From a virus (Duplodnaviria > Heunggongvirae > Uroviricota > Caudoviricetes), in IMG/VR virus record IMGVR_UViG_2728369591_000008, positions 1-16,498 of that record: a DNA stretch of 16,498 bases; one strand, 5' to 3'. Positions 1 through 8,747 of this stretch are shown piece by piece. The first letter of the stretch is position 1. Each line of letters begins with the position of its first letter. A program made the translations under genes and the position numbers. The notes below the pieces were generated by a model. It saw only the letters and a program-made list of their open reading frames with translations. It was not told the origin of the DNA and searched no databases.

Positions 1-756
1 TTGAGTGCGGGACGCCTGAATAAAAAATCTCTGGGTATCGTGATGTTGTTATCGGTTGGACTGCTTTTGGCGGGCTGTTCGGGTAGCAAATCATCCGATA
101 CAGGAACGTATTCCGGCTCCGTTTACACCGTGAAACGGGGGGATACGCTATATCGTATTTCGCGCACCACGGGAACCAGCGTAAAAGAACTGGCGCGACT
201 GAACGGCATTTCCCCCCCTTACACCATTGAAGTTGGTCAGAAACTAAAACTGGGTGGGGCGAAAAGTAGCAGTAGTACACGTAAATCAACCGCCAAATCA
301 ACGACCAAAACCGCATCGGTTACACCGTCATCAGCGGTACCGAAATCTTCCTGGCCGCCAGTAGGGCAACGTTGTTGGTTATGGCCAACGACAGGGAAAG
401 TTATCATGCCGTATTCGACAGCAGATGGCGGCAATAAAGGGATTGATATCTCAGCTCCACGGGGTACACCTATTTACGCCGCGGGTGCAGGAAAGGTGGT
501 GTATGTGGGCAACCAGCTGCGTGGCTACGGTAATCTCATCATGATTAAACACAGTGAAGATTACATTACGGCTTACGCCCATAATGACACGATGCTGGTA
601 AATAATGGGCAAAGCGTGAAGACTGGGCAAAAAATCGCCACTATGGGGAGCACGGATGCGGCATCTGTTCGCCTGCATTTCCAGATTCGTTACCGTGCAA
701 CGGCAATTGATCCGCTACGTTACTTGCCGCCGCAGGGCAGCAAGCCAAAATGCTGA
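1..756 (+). CDS. ygeR: LysM-domain / M23-peptidase lipoprotein (YgeR-like), 251 aa, TTG start at window edge
   Basis: N-terminal lipoprotein signal with lipobox LLAGCSG; LysM-like segment (YTVKRGDTLYRISRTTG...LARLNG); C-terminal M23-peptidase-like region (GIDISAPRGTPIYAAGAGKVVYVG...HLHFQIRY). Length and position next to tRNA-Gly(CCC) match my recollection of E. coli ygeR; the symbol is from memory, not a search. Confidence 0.8.
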   Translation: MSAGRLNKKSLGIVMLLSVGLLLAGCSGSKSSDTGTYSGSVYTVKRGDTLYRISRTTGTSVKELARLNGISPPYTIEVGQKLKLGGAKSSSSTRKSTAKSTTKTASVTPSSAVPKSSWPPVGQRCWLWPTTGKVIMPYSTADGGNKGIDISAPRGTPIYAAGAGKVVYVGNQLRGYGNLIMIKHSEDYITAYAHNDTMLVNNGQSVKTGQKIATMGSTDAASVRLHFQIRYRATAIDPLRYLPPQGSKPKC

Positions 757-789
757 TGGCGAATTAATCAGCAGTCAGCAGCGCGGCAC

Positions 790-817
790 TTGCTAAGGAG
801 AGCGTAAGGTTTATAAT
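790..817 (+). promoter_or_regulatory. Candidate sigma70 promoter for tRNA-Gly (-35 TTGCTA 790..795, 16-bp spacer, -10 TATAAT 812..817)
   Basis: Near-consensus hexamers with 16-bp spacing, about 17 bp upstream of the mature tRNA 5' end. Confidence 0.4.
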
Positions 818-834
818 GCCTTACGCATCTCGAA

Positions 835-908
835 GCGGGCGTAGTTCAATGGTAGAACGAGAGCTTCCCAAGCTCTATACGAGGGTTCGATTCCCTTCGC
901 CCGCTCCA
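835..908 (+). tRNA. glyU: tRNA-Gly (anticodon CCC), 74 nt
   Basis: Sequence GCGGGCGTAGTTCAATGGTAGAACGAGAGCTTCCCAAGCTCTATACGAGGGTTCGATTCCCTTCGCCCGCTCCA folds as a cloverleaf: 7-bp acceptor stem GCGGGCG/CGCCCGC, anticodon stem AGAGC/GCTCT with loop TTCCCAA, T-arm GGTTCGATTCC; no encoded CCA. Confidence 0.95.
891..908 (+). repeat. attL core (3' end of tRNA-Gly, TTCCCTTCGCCCGCTCCA)
   Basis: Direct repeat partner at 15406..15422 (TTCCCTTCGCCGCTCCA, 17 of 18 positions with one C deleted). Confidence 0.6.
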
Positions 909-922
909 AACAAACATTTCTC

Positions 923-1043
923 AACGTCTACTAAAGTCCATCAAACCCACGAATATCAAGCCTTCCAGCATTTTCATAGTTTATTAACGTCTACTCACAA
1001 CTACCAGAATCTACACACAGAAGTGTATAGTAATGCGTATAGG
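923..1043 (+). repeat. Candidate integrase arm-type sites in attL (AACGTCTACT at 923..932 and 986..995; GTGTATAGTAATGCGTATAGG at 1023..1043)
   Basis: Short direct repeats between the tRNA end and the int start; the GTGTATAG motif recurs near the other island end (15327..15350). Confidence 0.45.
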
Positions 1044-1071
1044 ACAAAATTTATTTTTTGGAGCTATACAC

Positions 1072-2286
1072 ATGCTGCTTTCAGACCTTGCCATCAGGCG
1101 CGCGAAGCCGAAAGAAAAGGCTTATACACTCAATGACGGTAACGGGCTTTCGTTGCTCATTGAGCCGAACGGTTCGAAAGGGTGGCGACTGCGCTACAGG
1201 TTTGCAGGAAAGCCCAAAATGTTGTCGTTGGGTGTGTACCCTGATGTGTCTCTGTCTGATGCCAGGGCGGCAAGGGATGAGGCTAAAAGGCTTCTTGCTG
1301 GTGGTATAAATCCAAGTGAGGCCAGAAAAGCCCAAAAGCGAGAACAGGCGAGCAAATTTGGCAATACTTTTGAGGGTATCGCTCGCGAATGGTACGAAAA
1401 GCGGATCGACAGGTGGTCATCGTCATACGCCGAGGAAATGATCGAGACGTTTGAAAAAGACGTTTTTCCGTACATTGGCGGTAGGCCGATCGCAGAAATT
1501 AAGCCGATGGAATTGCTGGCGGTTCTTTCCCGTCTTAATGACCGTGGTGCGACTGAAAAATTGCGTAAGGTTCGCCAGCGATGCGGCGAGGTGTTCCGGT
1601 ACGCAATCATCACCGGACGCGCCGAATATAATCCAGCCCCTGACCTGGTGAGCGCATTTGCTCCACATAAAAAAGAGCATTACGCCTATCTGAAGGCCGA
1701 CGAACTGCCGGAATTTTTCCGCGTTTTTAATACGTACACCGGAAGCCAGATCGTCAAACTGGCAATGCGGCTATTAATTCTGACAGGTGTCAGACCCGGG
1801 GAATTACGGCAGGCAGAATGGCAGGAGATCGATTTTGATAATCGTTTGTGGGAAGTGCCTAAAGAACGAATGAAGATGCGCCGTCCGCATTGTGTGCCAT
1901 TACCAGAACAGGCGATAAAAATACTGGAGCAGTTAAAAAACATGACAGGCCAGTATCAGTTTATTTTCCCCGGTCGTATTCACCACAGTAAGCCAATGAG
2001 TGAAATGGCGATGAATGTGCTCATTCGTCGTATCGGCTATGCCGGGCGCGTTACTGGTCATGGATTCCGGCACACCATGAGCACCATTTTGCATGAGCAG
2101 GGCTATAACACCGCGTGGATAGAAACGCAGCTCGCGCATGTCGATAAAAACTCAATTCGTGGCACATACAACCATGCGCAATATCTGGATGGCAGACGCG
2201 AAATGCTCCAGTGGTATGCCGACTATATGGATTCGCTCGAGCATGGCGGAAATGTGGTGCATGGTGAGTTCGGAAAATGCGGGTGA
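1072..2286 (+). CDS. int: Tyrosine recombinase / integrase, P4-like family (404 aa)
   Basis: N-terminus MLLSDLAIRRAKPKEKAYTLNDGNGLSLLIEPNGSKGWRLRYRF is typical of P4-type integrases; C-terminal catalytic motifs HGFRHT and RGTYNHAQY; RBS GGAG 1060..1063 before ATG 1072 (the track's upstream ATG at 1033 has no RBS). Confidence 0.93.
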   Translation: MLLSDLAIRRAKPKEKAYTLNDGNGLSLLIEPNGSKGWRLRYRFAGKPKMLSLGVYPDVSLSDARAARDEAKRLLAGGINPSEARKAQKREQASKFGNTFEGIAREWYEKRIDRWSSSYAEEMIETFEKDVFPYIGGRPIAEIKPMELLAVLSRLNDRGATEKLRKVRQRCGEVFRYAIITGRAEYNPAPDLVSAFAPHKKEHYAYLKADELPEFFRVFNTYTGSQIVKLAMRLLILTGVRPGELRQAEWQEIDFDNRLWEVPKERMKMRRPHCVPLPEQAIKILEQLKNMTGQYQFIFPGRIHHSKPMSEMAMNVLIRRIGYAGRVTGHGFRHTMSTILHEQGYNTAWIETQLAHVDKNSIRGTYNHAQYLDGRREMLQWYADYMDSLEHGGNVVHGEFGKCG

Positions 2287-2414
2287 CTGGTTGAGTATAC
2301 AGTAGTAGACTTTGAGCGACGAAAGAAAAGGCTGTGTCTAGGGTCGCTCCCGAAAATCCGTACACCTCGACGGACTGGTCCAGCCACTACAGTAGAGGAC
2401 GCTGAGGTGTGCGT

Positions 2415-3212
2415 ATGATTGATATTCATGCCGAATTAAACGAATACAAAAAAGATTTTATTTCTTTACGTGAATTTCTTGAGGTCGTGCTTAAGGTCGC
2501 TGGTGATGATTATGATGTTTCAGATGTCATAACTTGGATACTCAGGAGAATAAGCGGAGAACATATCCGCCTGTACACAGTAAATGAATTTAAGCTGTTG
2601 GAATCTTTTTGTAACCCGTATCGGGATGAATTTGATAATGATGTTCTTTATAGAAATCTGAATGCGGTTCGGAAACGTGGTTGTTTACCTGGTGAGAGGG
2701 ATGAAAATGGTTTTCTGGTGTCCGGTTATTGGGAAGATCCCGAATTTGAGAACATTGGATTTATAAGGGGTGAAATTTTCTCAATTTTTCCCGATGTCCT
2801 TGACGCGTTAACGAAGCTGGAAGGCGCTAACCCTTCTGAAAATGACGAGGCACAAGGACGCGATATTGAAAAGAAAGAGTTGCGTACAGAGGATGATTTA
2901 TTATCCCAAATCGCAATGCTGGAAAAAGAAAACGCAGAGTTAAGGGCAAGGATAGAGCAGTTAGAGCAAGAGCGCCCGATACACTTATATAAATACTGGG
3001 ATAAAGACCCATTAGCTAAGGCTATTGAGATTAGAAACAGAGAGTGGGCCAATTACGATCCAGAAAATGATTTTGCCACCAGGGGAAATCAAGAAGCGAT
3101 AACCAGGGAGCTTAAGCAGTGGGGGGCAAGTAATGCACTTGCAACGCTCATAGAGAGGACTGCCTGCCCTATTAACCGAGACAACAGCCAAAAGAACGCA
3201 AAGCCGGATTAA
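2415..3212 (+). CDS. Hypothetical protein with C-terminal coiled coil (265 aa)
   Basis: Long ORF with RBS GAGG 2404..2407 before ATG 2415; heptad-like segment LSQIAMLEKENAELRARIEQLEQER; no domain I recognise. Confidence 0.6.
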   Translation: MIDIHAELNEYKKDFISLREFLEVVLKVAGDDYDVSDVITWILRRISGEHIRLYTVNEFKLLESFCNPYRDEFDNDVLYRNLNAVRKRGCLPGERDENGFLVSGYWEDPEFENIGFIRGEIFSIFPDVLDALTKLEGANPSENDEAQGRDIEKKELRTEDDLLSQIAMLEKENAELRARIEQLEQERPIHLYKYWDKDPLAKAIEIRNREWANYDPENDFATRGNQEAITRELKQWGASNALATLIERTACPINRDNSQKNAKPD

Positions 3213-3227
3213 CGCACCATACCGCAT

Positions 3228-3338
3228 ACCCTGAGGGTGATTTACTGTTACCCTGAGGGTATTTTTTTATCTTCCCCGTCAATTTTACCATCACCCTTAG
3301 GGTAGATTTCCTTCCGGTAACCATTAGGCCTGAGGGTA
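3228..3338 (+). promoter_or_regulatory. Four copies of ACCCTGAGGGT-like motif upstream of alpA (3228..3238, 3250..3260, 3293..3303, 3328..3338)
   Basis: Imperfect repeats of a partly palindromic core CCTGAGGG / CCTTAGGG in a non-coding stretch directly upstream of the AlpA-family gene; candidate regulator-binding sites. Confidence 0.5.
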
Positions 3339-3406
3339 TGAAAATATTCGTTATTTCTGTGCCATGATTACCTCGTCAAATTGAGTAGACGTTATGAGGT
3401 AAATAT

Positions 3407-3604
3407 ATGTCAAATACGCTTATTCGTTTAACAGAAGTTCAGCGTAGAACTGGATATAGCAAGGCATGGATTTATCGCCTTATGGGGCAAGGTAAATTTC
3501 CTGCATCAGTTAAAATTGGCTCGCGAGCTATTGCTTTCGTTGAGAGTGAAATTGACGAGTGGATTAATCAGCGTATTGCGGAATCACGCGGAACAGCTAC
3601 CTGA
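3407..3604 (+). CDS. alpA: AlpA-family phage transcriptional regulator (65 aa)
   Basis: Sequence MSNTLIRLTEVQRRTGYSKAWIYRLMGQGKFPASVKIGSRAIAFVESEIDEWI matches the AlpA/excisionase-like HTH family pattern; RBS GAGG 3396..3399. Confidence 0.85.
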   Translation: MSNTLIRLTEVQRRTGYSKAWIYRLMGQGKFPASVKIGSRAIAFVESEIDEWINQRIAESRGTAT

Positions 3605-3681
3605 TTAAATGGCTACGGGGCTATTGCCCCCAGCTATCCACCAGCAAATAAAAGTAACTTAATTCGATAGCAGGAGTTTTT

Positions 3682-4482
3682 ATGAAATTTCCAAAAACGC
3701 CCGTACAGGGGCGGGGCTTCGTTCGGCCTGAAAACCAGAATCTGCAAAATTTCGGCGAAATTATCCCGATTATTTCCGGCGTTATTGGCGGGAGTGAAAC
3801 CACTATTGTTAGCGCCAGAGCGTTACATAAGGCGTTAGGTGTAGGGCGCGTTTTCCGTTCGTGGATCAAGGGGCGCATTGAAGAATACGGGTTCACGGAA
3901 GGCGTGGATTATGAGGTTGTTGAATATTTGAGCCGACCCGATCCGGTGAGCGCAAAATCTCGCCAGCAAACCGCTCTTGAGTACATCATCACAGTGAACA
4001 TGGCGAAAGAACTGGCGATGGTCGAACGTACCGAACAGGGCCGCGCCGTTCGCCAGTACTTTATCAAATGCGAGGAGGAGCTACACAAGGTAGCGCCAGT
4101 GCGTTCCGCAGCATTACGCCGGGAACTGAAAGCCCGTATCACCGTTGCCAGCTACTTTAAGCCAATGTGTGCCGCGCTGGAGGCGTACCGGGCTGAACTG
4201 GGTAAAAACACGTTCCAGCACCACTACACCACGGAAGCCAATATGCTGGCGCGTATCGTGCTGGGTGGCATGACTGCAAAACAGTGGGCGCAGGCGAACG
4301 GCATCACAGGCGAACCACGCGACCACATGAGCACGTTGCAGCTTGAGCACCTTTCTTACCTTGAGCAGAGCAATATCACGCTGATTGAGTTAGGCCAGGG
4401 CTACCACCAGCGGAAAGCTGAATTAATTCGTCTTTCGCAGCGTTGGTTAGCCCGTCGCATGGAGGAAAACAGCCATGTGTAA
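3682..4482 (+). CDS. Phage antirepressor-like protein (AntA/Rha-type N-terminal domain), 266 aa
   Basis: N-terminal region SARALHKALGVGRVFRSWIKGRIEEYGFTEGVDYEV resembles the AntA/AntB-Rha antirepressor fold family; RBS AGGA 3672..3675. Confidence 0.65.
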   Translation: MKFPKTPVQGRGFVRPENQNLQNFGEIIPIISGVIGGSETTIVSARALHKALGVGRVFRSWIKGRIEEYGFTEGVDYEVVEYLSRPDPVSAKSRQQTALEYIITVNMAKELAMVERTEQGRAVRQYFIKCEEELHKVAPVRSAALRRELKARITVASYFKPMCAALEAYRAELGKNTFQHHYTTEANMLARIVLGGMTAKQWAQANGITGEPRDHMSTLQLEHLSYLEQSNITLIELGQGYHQRKAELIRLSQRWLARRMEENSHV

Positions 4483-4752
4483 CGCTCTGACCGTTACAAA
4501 AAGAGAAAGCGCCCCGTTGCCGGAGCGCCTTTGTGAACGAATAGCCTACTGCGCCATATTGCTTACTGTCTACGAGGCAGATTATAGCGTTGTGGTCGCA
4601 CAGAGTGAAGGCGCTGATCACCGTTACTACAGCACGCCAGAAATGCAGAATATTTTGCTGCAAAATGTCGTTGGTCACGCTGTCCGGAAAGCAAAAAATT
4701 TTGCTGGTGGCGCGACTGATGCGATTTTTTCTGGTCGCCCGGTGCTGATCAA

Positions 4753-5055
4753 CTACTCCTGTTCTTTGGCCTTGCGGCGCTGGAGTTCTTCACGCGCGAC
4801 GGTGACGAGTTGCCCGATCTCCTCGGCAGCTTTGACACCGATTTTTTCCACCTGCGCCAGTGCATCGAGCGAAGAAACCAGGGGATTTTCTCCTCTTCCT
4901 TCTGCCTGGCGGCGAGCGATCTCACCGCGCATGGCGGTTACTATGAATCCGGCGTTGCTTTCGCCGTCCAGTTTTACGGATTCCATGCCCTCCATAACAT
5001 CGTGGGGAACCCTGATCGTTGTCATTTGCGATTTTGCATTTTTGTATACAGACAT
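4753..5055 (-). CDS. Putative ribbon-helix-helix (CopG/Arc-like) repressor, 100 aa, divergent from the replication operon
   Basis: N-terminal MTTIRVPHDVMEGME fits the RHH beta-strand plus helix pattern; the gene starts next to an operator-like repeat array; the plus-strand frame over this interval translates to Ser/Pro/Ala-rich antisense-looking sequence. Confidence 0.6.
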   Translation of the reverse strand: MSVYKNAKSQMTTIRVPHDVMEGMESVKLDGESNAGFIVTAMRGEIARRQAEGRGENPLVSSLDALAQVEKIGVKAAEEIGQLVTVAREELQRRKAKEQE

Positions 5056-5176
5056 AGTTAATCACCAATTTGTTATGTGTATATCACTATACACAAAAGT
5101 GAGATATAAAAACACTTGCAATGTATATCACCACAATATAATGTGTATCTCACATGGGGGTCGCTATGTATCTCAC
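5043..5176. promoter_or_regulatory. Divergent promoter/operator region: 20-bp palindrome TGTGTATATCACTATACACA (5076..5095) plus TGTAT(A/C)TCAC repeats at 5122..5131, 5144..5153, 5167..5176 and inverted copy 5099..5107; candidate rightward promoter -35 TTGCAA 5116..5121, -10 TATAAT 5137..5142
   Basis: Direct and inverted repeats of one 10-mer, spaced about 22 bp apart, overlapping the candidate -35/-10 hexamers between the divergent RHH gene and the plus-strand operon. Confidence 0.6.
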
Positions 5177-5263
5177 AATGAGCGATTCATAAAAACGACG
5201 AAACCCGGCAGTGCGCGAACACTAACCGGGCTTCTAACCAAACCGTTAAATGAGGTAACGATT

Positions 5264-5629
5264 ATGGCTGGAACACAGCATACCCAAACTCACCCTAAAT
5301 TTATATACACCTTCCTGGCGGTGCACCGTGATTGCATGGCTGACGGTAAAAACACTGTACACGTAGCCGCTGATACGCTGGTGGATGCCTGCGAGATGCT
5401 CAATGACATGGGCTATATCTCGGCAACATGGAAAGGGCGCGAAGAAAACACGCTGTTTATTCAGAAATGCGAGAACAATTTTATCTGGCGTTTTATCGCC
5501 CTGAGCACGGCACAACCGCGCGTGATTCACATCGAGGCCACCAGCGAACAGGAAGCACGCCAGCAATCCCCGGCTGGCTGCGTGATGGTATTCGCCGCCC
5601 GTATTCGCCAGGAGGTGGAACATGTGTAA
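5264..5629 (+). CDS. Hypothetical protein (121 aa), first gene of the coupled operon
   Basis: RBS GAGG 5252..5255 before ATG 5264; overlaps the start of the next ORF. Confidence 0.6.
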   Translation: MAGTQHTQTHPKFIYTFLAVHRDCMADGKNTVHVAADTLVDACEMLNDMGYISATWKGREENTLFIQKCENNFIWRFIALSTAQPRVIHIEATSEQEARQQSPAGCVMVFAARIRQEVEHV

Positions 5630-5846
5630 TGCAACATGGCCTGATGCAGCGGTAGACGCTATCAAAACGCTGATGGATTCACTTGTTGAGATTTCTGCTA
5701 TCGCTGGTGTGGCGCATAAACACGCAGCCAGAGAATCAGAATGCATCTCCCATTATTTAGCATTTGTGCAGCTAAAAGCCGATCAGGCACTGGATAAGGC
5801 CGGAAAAATTATCATGGCTGATGTGCAGGAGGTGCACCATGCATAA
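5622..5846 (+). CDS. Hypothetical protein (74 aa)
   Basis: Start overlaps the stop of the upstream gene (ATGTGTAA); same-strand coupled series. Confidence 0.5.
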   Translation: MCNATWPDAAVDAIKTLMDSLVEISAIAGVAHKHAARESECISHYLAFVQLKADQALDKAGKIIMADVQEVHHA

Positions 5847-6204
5847 CCTGTCAATTTCTGACCTTAACAGCATTCAGTTTGACGAGAAATTTACCGGGCA
5901 GTTGCTGGTCAATGTGGAGAACGGGCGCATAGTGCGTAATTACCACCTGCCGGATGGTGCAATTGCCGGAAGCGTTGAAGCATTGCTGGAACTGGCGGAA
6001 CGTGCGCGACTGATTAAGCCGTCAACGAGCCATCACGATGATGATCTGCATTTTACCGGGCGTATGGTGAGTCACTACGAAAACGGCGTTGAAGTATCCC
6101 GCGAACGGCTGCGTGATGATTGCTGTTTCGGCACACTGCCGGAATTTATCGAGTTGCTGACCAGTTGCGGTTATCAGGTCATTCAGGGGGGTAAACATGC
6201 GTGA
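5839..6204 (+). CDS. Hypothetical protein (121 aa)
   Basis: RBS AGGAGG 5826..5831 before ATG 5839; overlaps the upstream stop. Confidence 0.55.
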   Translation: MHNLSISDLNSIQFDEKFTGQLLVNVENGRIVRNYHLPDGAIAGSVEALLELAERARLIKPSTSHHDDDLHFTGRMVSHYENGVEVSRERLRDDCCFGTLPEFIELLTSCGYQVIQGGKHA

Positions 6205-6430
6205 TGATCGTTTTAATTCCCTGAAACGGGAATTTGATGGCGCACCGGAAGATGCAGCGGGCGCATTGTTGAGCGTTGCTGACATGATGAAAGCTGCATA
6301 TTTTCTTATCAATACCAGTGGCTACAAGTCAGAGGGTGAAATGATTCTTAGTATTGCGTCGGACTATGCGGAATATGTGGCAGAGACGCGTTACAGAAGA
6401 AAATCTCTGGAGGATGTAAGCCATGCATAA
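6197..6430 (+). CDS. Hypothetical protein (77 aa)
   Basis: G-rich RBS before ATG 6197; ATGCGTGA overlap with the upstream stop. Confidence 0.5.
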   Translation: MRDDRFNSLKREFDGAPEDAAGALLSVADMMKAAYFLINTSGYKSEGEMILSIASDYAEYVAETRYRRKSLEDVSHA

Positions 6431-6623
6431 TCATGAAGCGCATGTACCCGTAGTGCTTAATGTGCCAGATGATTTCACCGGACGCGTGCTGGTTTACCTG
6501 GATAAAGGGAAAGTGAAATCACAATGCCGACTGAAAAGTAATGAGATTGTTGGTTCTCCTGAATTTTTTTCTGAACTTTGTATTCGTGCGGAAATAAAAC
6601 CGGAACTGCTGACAGGAAAATAA
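6423..6623 (+). CDS. Hypothetical protein (66 aa)
   Basis: ATG 6423 overlaps the upstream stop; coupled series. Confidence 0.45.
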   Translation: MHNHEAHVPVVLNVPDDFTGRVLVYLDKGKVKSQCRLKSNEIVGSPEFFSELCIRAEIKPELLTGK

Positions 6624-6627
6624 AACC

Positions 6628-6918
6628 ATGAAAAAGAAAAATTCTGGCTTTACTGCCAGCGGCCTCTCTCGGCCTGAAATCCGCCCCGGTGATATTTTCC
6701 GGGACACCAGACGCGGGGGACGGGTGGTTATTCGTCACGTTACGCCAGGCAATATCACCTACCGCCGTGAGGCTTACGAATATGACTGCGTAATGCCGCG
6801 CCGTCAGTTTGAGCGTGATTTTATTCTGGTGGAAAACAAACAACAGGCAGTGGCGAGACGTGCAGCCACGAATATTAAAAAAATCCGGGCAATGTTGGTT
6901 GCGGGAGGTAAGAAGTGA
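6628..6918 (+). CDS. Hypothetical protein (96 aa)
   Basis: RBS AGGAAA before ATG 6628; its stop overlaps the GTG start of the primase/helicase gene. Confidence 0.55.
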   Translation: MKKKNSGFTASGLSRPEIRPGDIFRDTRRGGRVVIRHVTPGNITYRREAYEYDCVMPRRQFERDFILVENKQQAVARRAATNIKKIRAMLVAGGKK

Positions 6919-8720
6919 AAAACGCACCGAATTTAAAATATCAGCCGAAGGATAAATTCACCGAGGTAATCATTTTTGCCGGGACGGATGCTTACGCCCA
7001 TGCTCAACACTGGATTGAAAGCGAAGGACGAAAACACGGCGATAACGTGCCTCCTGTTTACCTGGGGCCAAAGCAACTGGCAGACCTGGCGAATATCCGC
7101 ATTGTCGACGATGAACGCCGCTTTGCGCGTGTCTATCTCGCGGGGGAGATAGAGCCAATCCAGATCAATGCTATTGCTGAAAAGCTGGCGCTGGCTGGTG
7201 TACAGGACGCGAAATTATACAAAGGTATCACCGACCGGGAGCCGGAAAACTGGCGCGACTACCTGCAACGGATCCGCGAACAGGCAGAGAGTGGGGAAGT
7301 TTCAGCGATGAAATTAGCCACAAAAAATATTGACCTATCCAGGCCAGCACTAAATCAGATGGGAGCCAGCCAGAGAGGGGAAGTGTTACTTGAATATTAT
7401 GGAAGAGCACTGGCTATAAATGATGATTCTGATGTAGTTCACCATTACAACGGAATTGTCTGGGTGCCTGTATCTGATAAGGAACTCCAGCGGTCTATGG
7501 CGAAGATTTTTATTGATGCTGGAATCAGTTATTCGCAAAACGCCATTAAATTTGCCGTAGACACAATGAAATTGAGCCTGCCTGTTATGGGCGGGGCAGG
7601 CAGGAATCTTATTGGATTCAGTAACGGGGTATTTGATACCCGGACGGGAAATTTTCGGGAGCATAACAAAAATGACTGGTTGTTAAATGCCAGTGAATTA
7701 CCGTTCAGCCCACCAGCAGAGGGGGAAACGCTGGCAACACATGCGCCGAATTTCTGGAAGTGGCTGCGTCGTTCGGTGGCAGATAATGATCGTAAAGCTG
7801 ATCGCGTACTGGCGGCATTATTCATGGTACTGGCGAACCGGTACGACTGGCAGTTATTCCTTGAGGTAACAGGCCCAGGCGGAAGCGGTAAAAGTGTGAT
7901 GGCTGAGATTTGTACCATGCTGGCGGGTAAGGCCAACACAGTATCGGCAAGCATGAAGGCTCTGGAAGACGCAAGGGAACGCGCGTTAGTAGTTGGCTTT
8001 TCGCTGATTATCATGCCGGATATGACTCGCTACGCTGGCGATGGTGCAGGAATTAAGGCAATTACTGGCGGCGACAAGGTGGCAATTGATCCGAAACATA
8101 AAGCCCCCTACTCCACACGTATTCCGGCAGTAGTGCTTGCGGTAAACAATAACGCCATGTCATTCAGTGACCGAAGCGGGGGGATCTCGCGTCGTAGGGT
8201 GATATTTAATTTCTCTGAGGTCGTACCGGAGAACGAACGCGATCCCATGCTGGCGGAAAAGATAGAAGGCGAACTGGCGGTAGTGATTCGCCATTTGCTA
8301 ACACGATTTACCGACCAGGACGAAGCTAAAAGACTACTTTATGAGCAGCAAAAATCAGAAGAAGCGCTGTTGATAAAGCGCGAAGGTGATTCACTGGTGG
8401 ACTTTTGCGGCTATCTGATGTCGTTGGTTAAATGTGAAGGAATGATGGTGGGCAATGCGGAAATAGTGCCATTTAGCCCGAGGCGATACCTGTATCATGC
8501 TTATTTAGCCTATATGTCAGCGCATGGCCTGGGAAAACCAGTATCACTGACACGCTTTGGTACTGATATGCCAGGAGCTATGGCGGAATACGGAAAGGAG
8601 TATAAGCGGGCTAAATGCACTAAAGGCCCGGATAAAGGGCGAGTGATAACAAATGTTCTGTTAGATGATGATGCTGATGGCTGGTTGCCAGCAGCTACAG
8701 GGATTAACGACAGAACATAA
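6915..8720 (+). CDS. Replication primase/helicase, P4-alpha / D5-type (Walker A GPGGSGKS), 601 aa, GTG start
   Basis: Walker A motif GPGGSGKS and surrounding P4-family primase C-terminal/helicase-like region; RBS GGGAGG 6903..6908 before GTG 6915; immediately followed by an iteron array. Confidence 0.88.
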   Translation: MKNAPNLKYQPKDKFTEVIIFAGTDAYAHAQHWIESEGRKHGDNVPPVYLGPKQLADLANIRIVDDERRFARVYLAGEIEPIQINAIAEKLALAGVQDAKLYKGITDREPENWRDYLQRIREQAESGEVSAMKLATKNIDLSRPALNQMGASQRGEVLLEYYGRALAINDDSDVVHHYNGIVWVPVSDKELQRSMAKIFIDAGISYSQNAIKFAVDTMKLSLPVMGGAGRNLIGFSNGVFDTRTGNFREHNKNDWLLNASELPFSPPAEGETLATHAPNFWKWLRRSVADNDRKADRVLAALFMVLANRYDWQLFLEVTGPGGSGKSVMAEICTMLAGKANTVSASMKALEDARERALVVGFSLIIMPDMTRYAGDGAGIKAITGGDKVAIDPKHKAPYSTRIPAVVLAVNNNAMSFSDRSGGISRRRVIFNFSEVVPENERDPMLAEKIEGELAVVIRHLLTRFTDQDEAKRLLYEQQKSEEALLIKREGDSLVDFCGYLMSLVKCEGMMVGNAEIVPFSPRRYLYHAYLAYMSAHGLGKPVSLTRFGTDMPGAMAEYGKEYKRAKCTKGPDKGRVITNVLLDDDADGWLPAATGINDRT

Positions 8721-8747
8721 TACGAAATTTATAAGCTGAAACGTAAA

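Noticed and set aside
1-756. Alternative identity as NlpD (upstream of rpoS)
   Set aside because: The ORF is 251 aa and followed by tRNA-Gly(CCC), not rpoS; this fits the shorter YgeR-type paralogue rather than the longer NlpD.
816-1136. 106-aa ORF overlapping the tRNA and att region
   Set aside because: It overlaps the tRNA-Gly gene and the integrase start, with no RBS; six-frame artefact.
4475-5629. 384-aa plus-strand ORF beginning at the antirepressor stop
   Set aside because: It runs antisense through the RHH gene and straight through the AT-rich operator region. Its translation there is Ser/Pro/Ala-rich and non-protein-like. Only its last 121 codons (from ATG 5264 with a GAGG RBS) look like a real gene.
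7386-8014. Minus-strand ORFs (92 aa and 161 aa) inside the primase/helicase gene
   Set aside because: They are antisense to a well-supported long gene with recognisable motifs and have no RBS; shadow ORFs.
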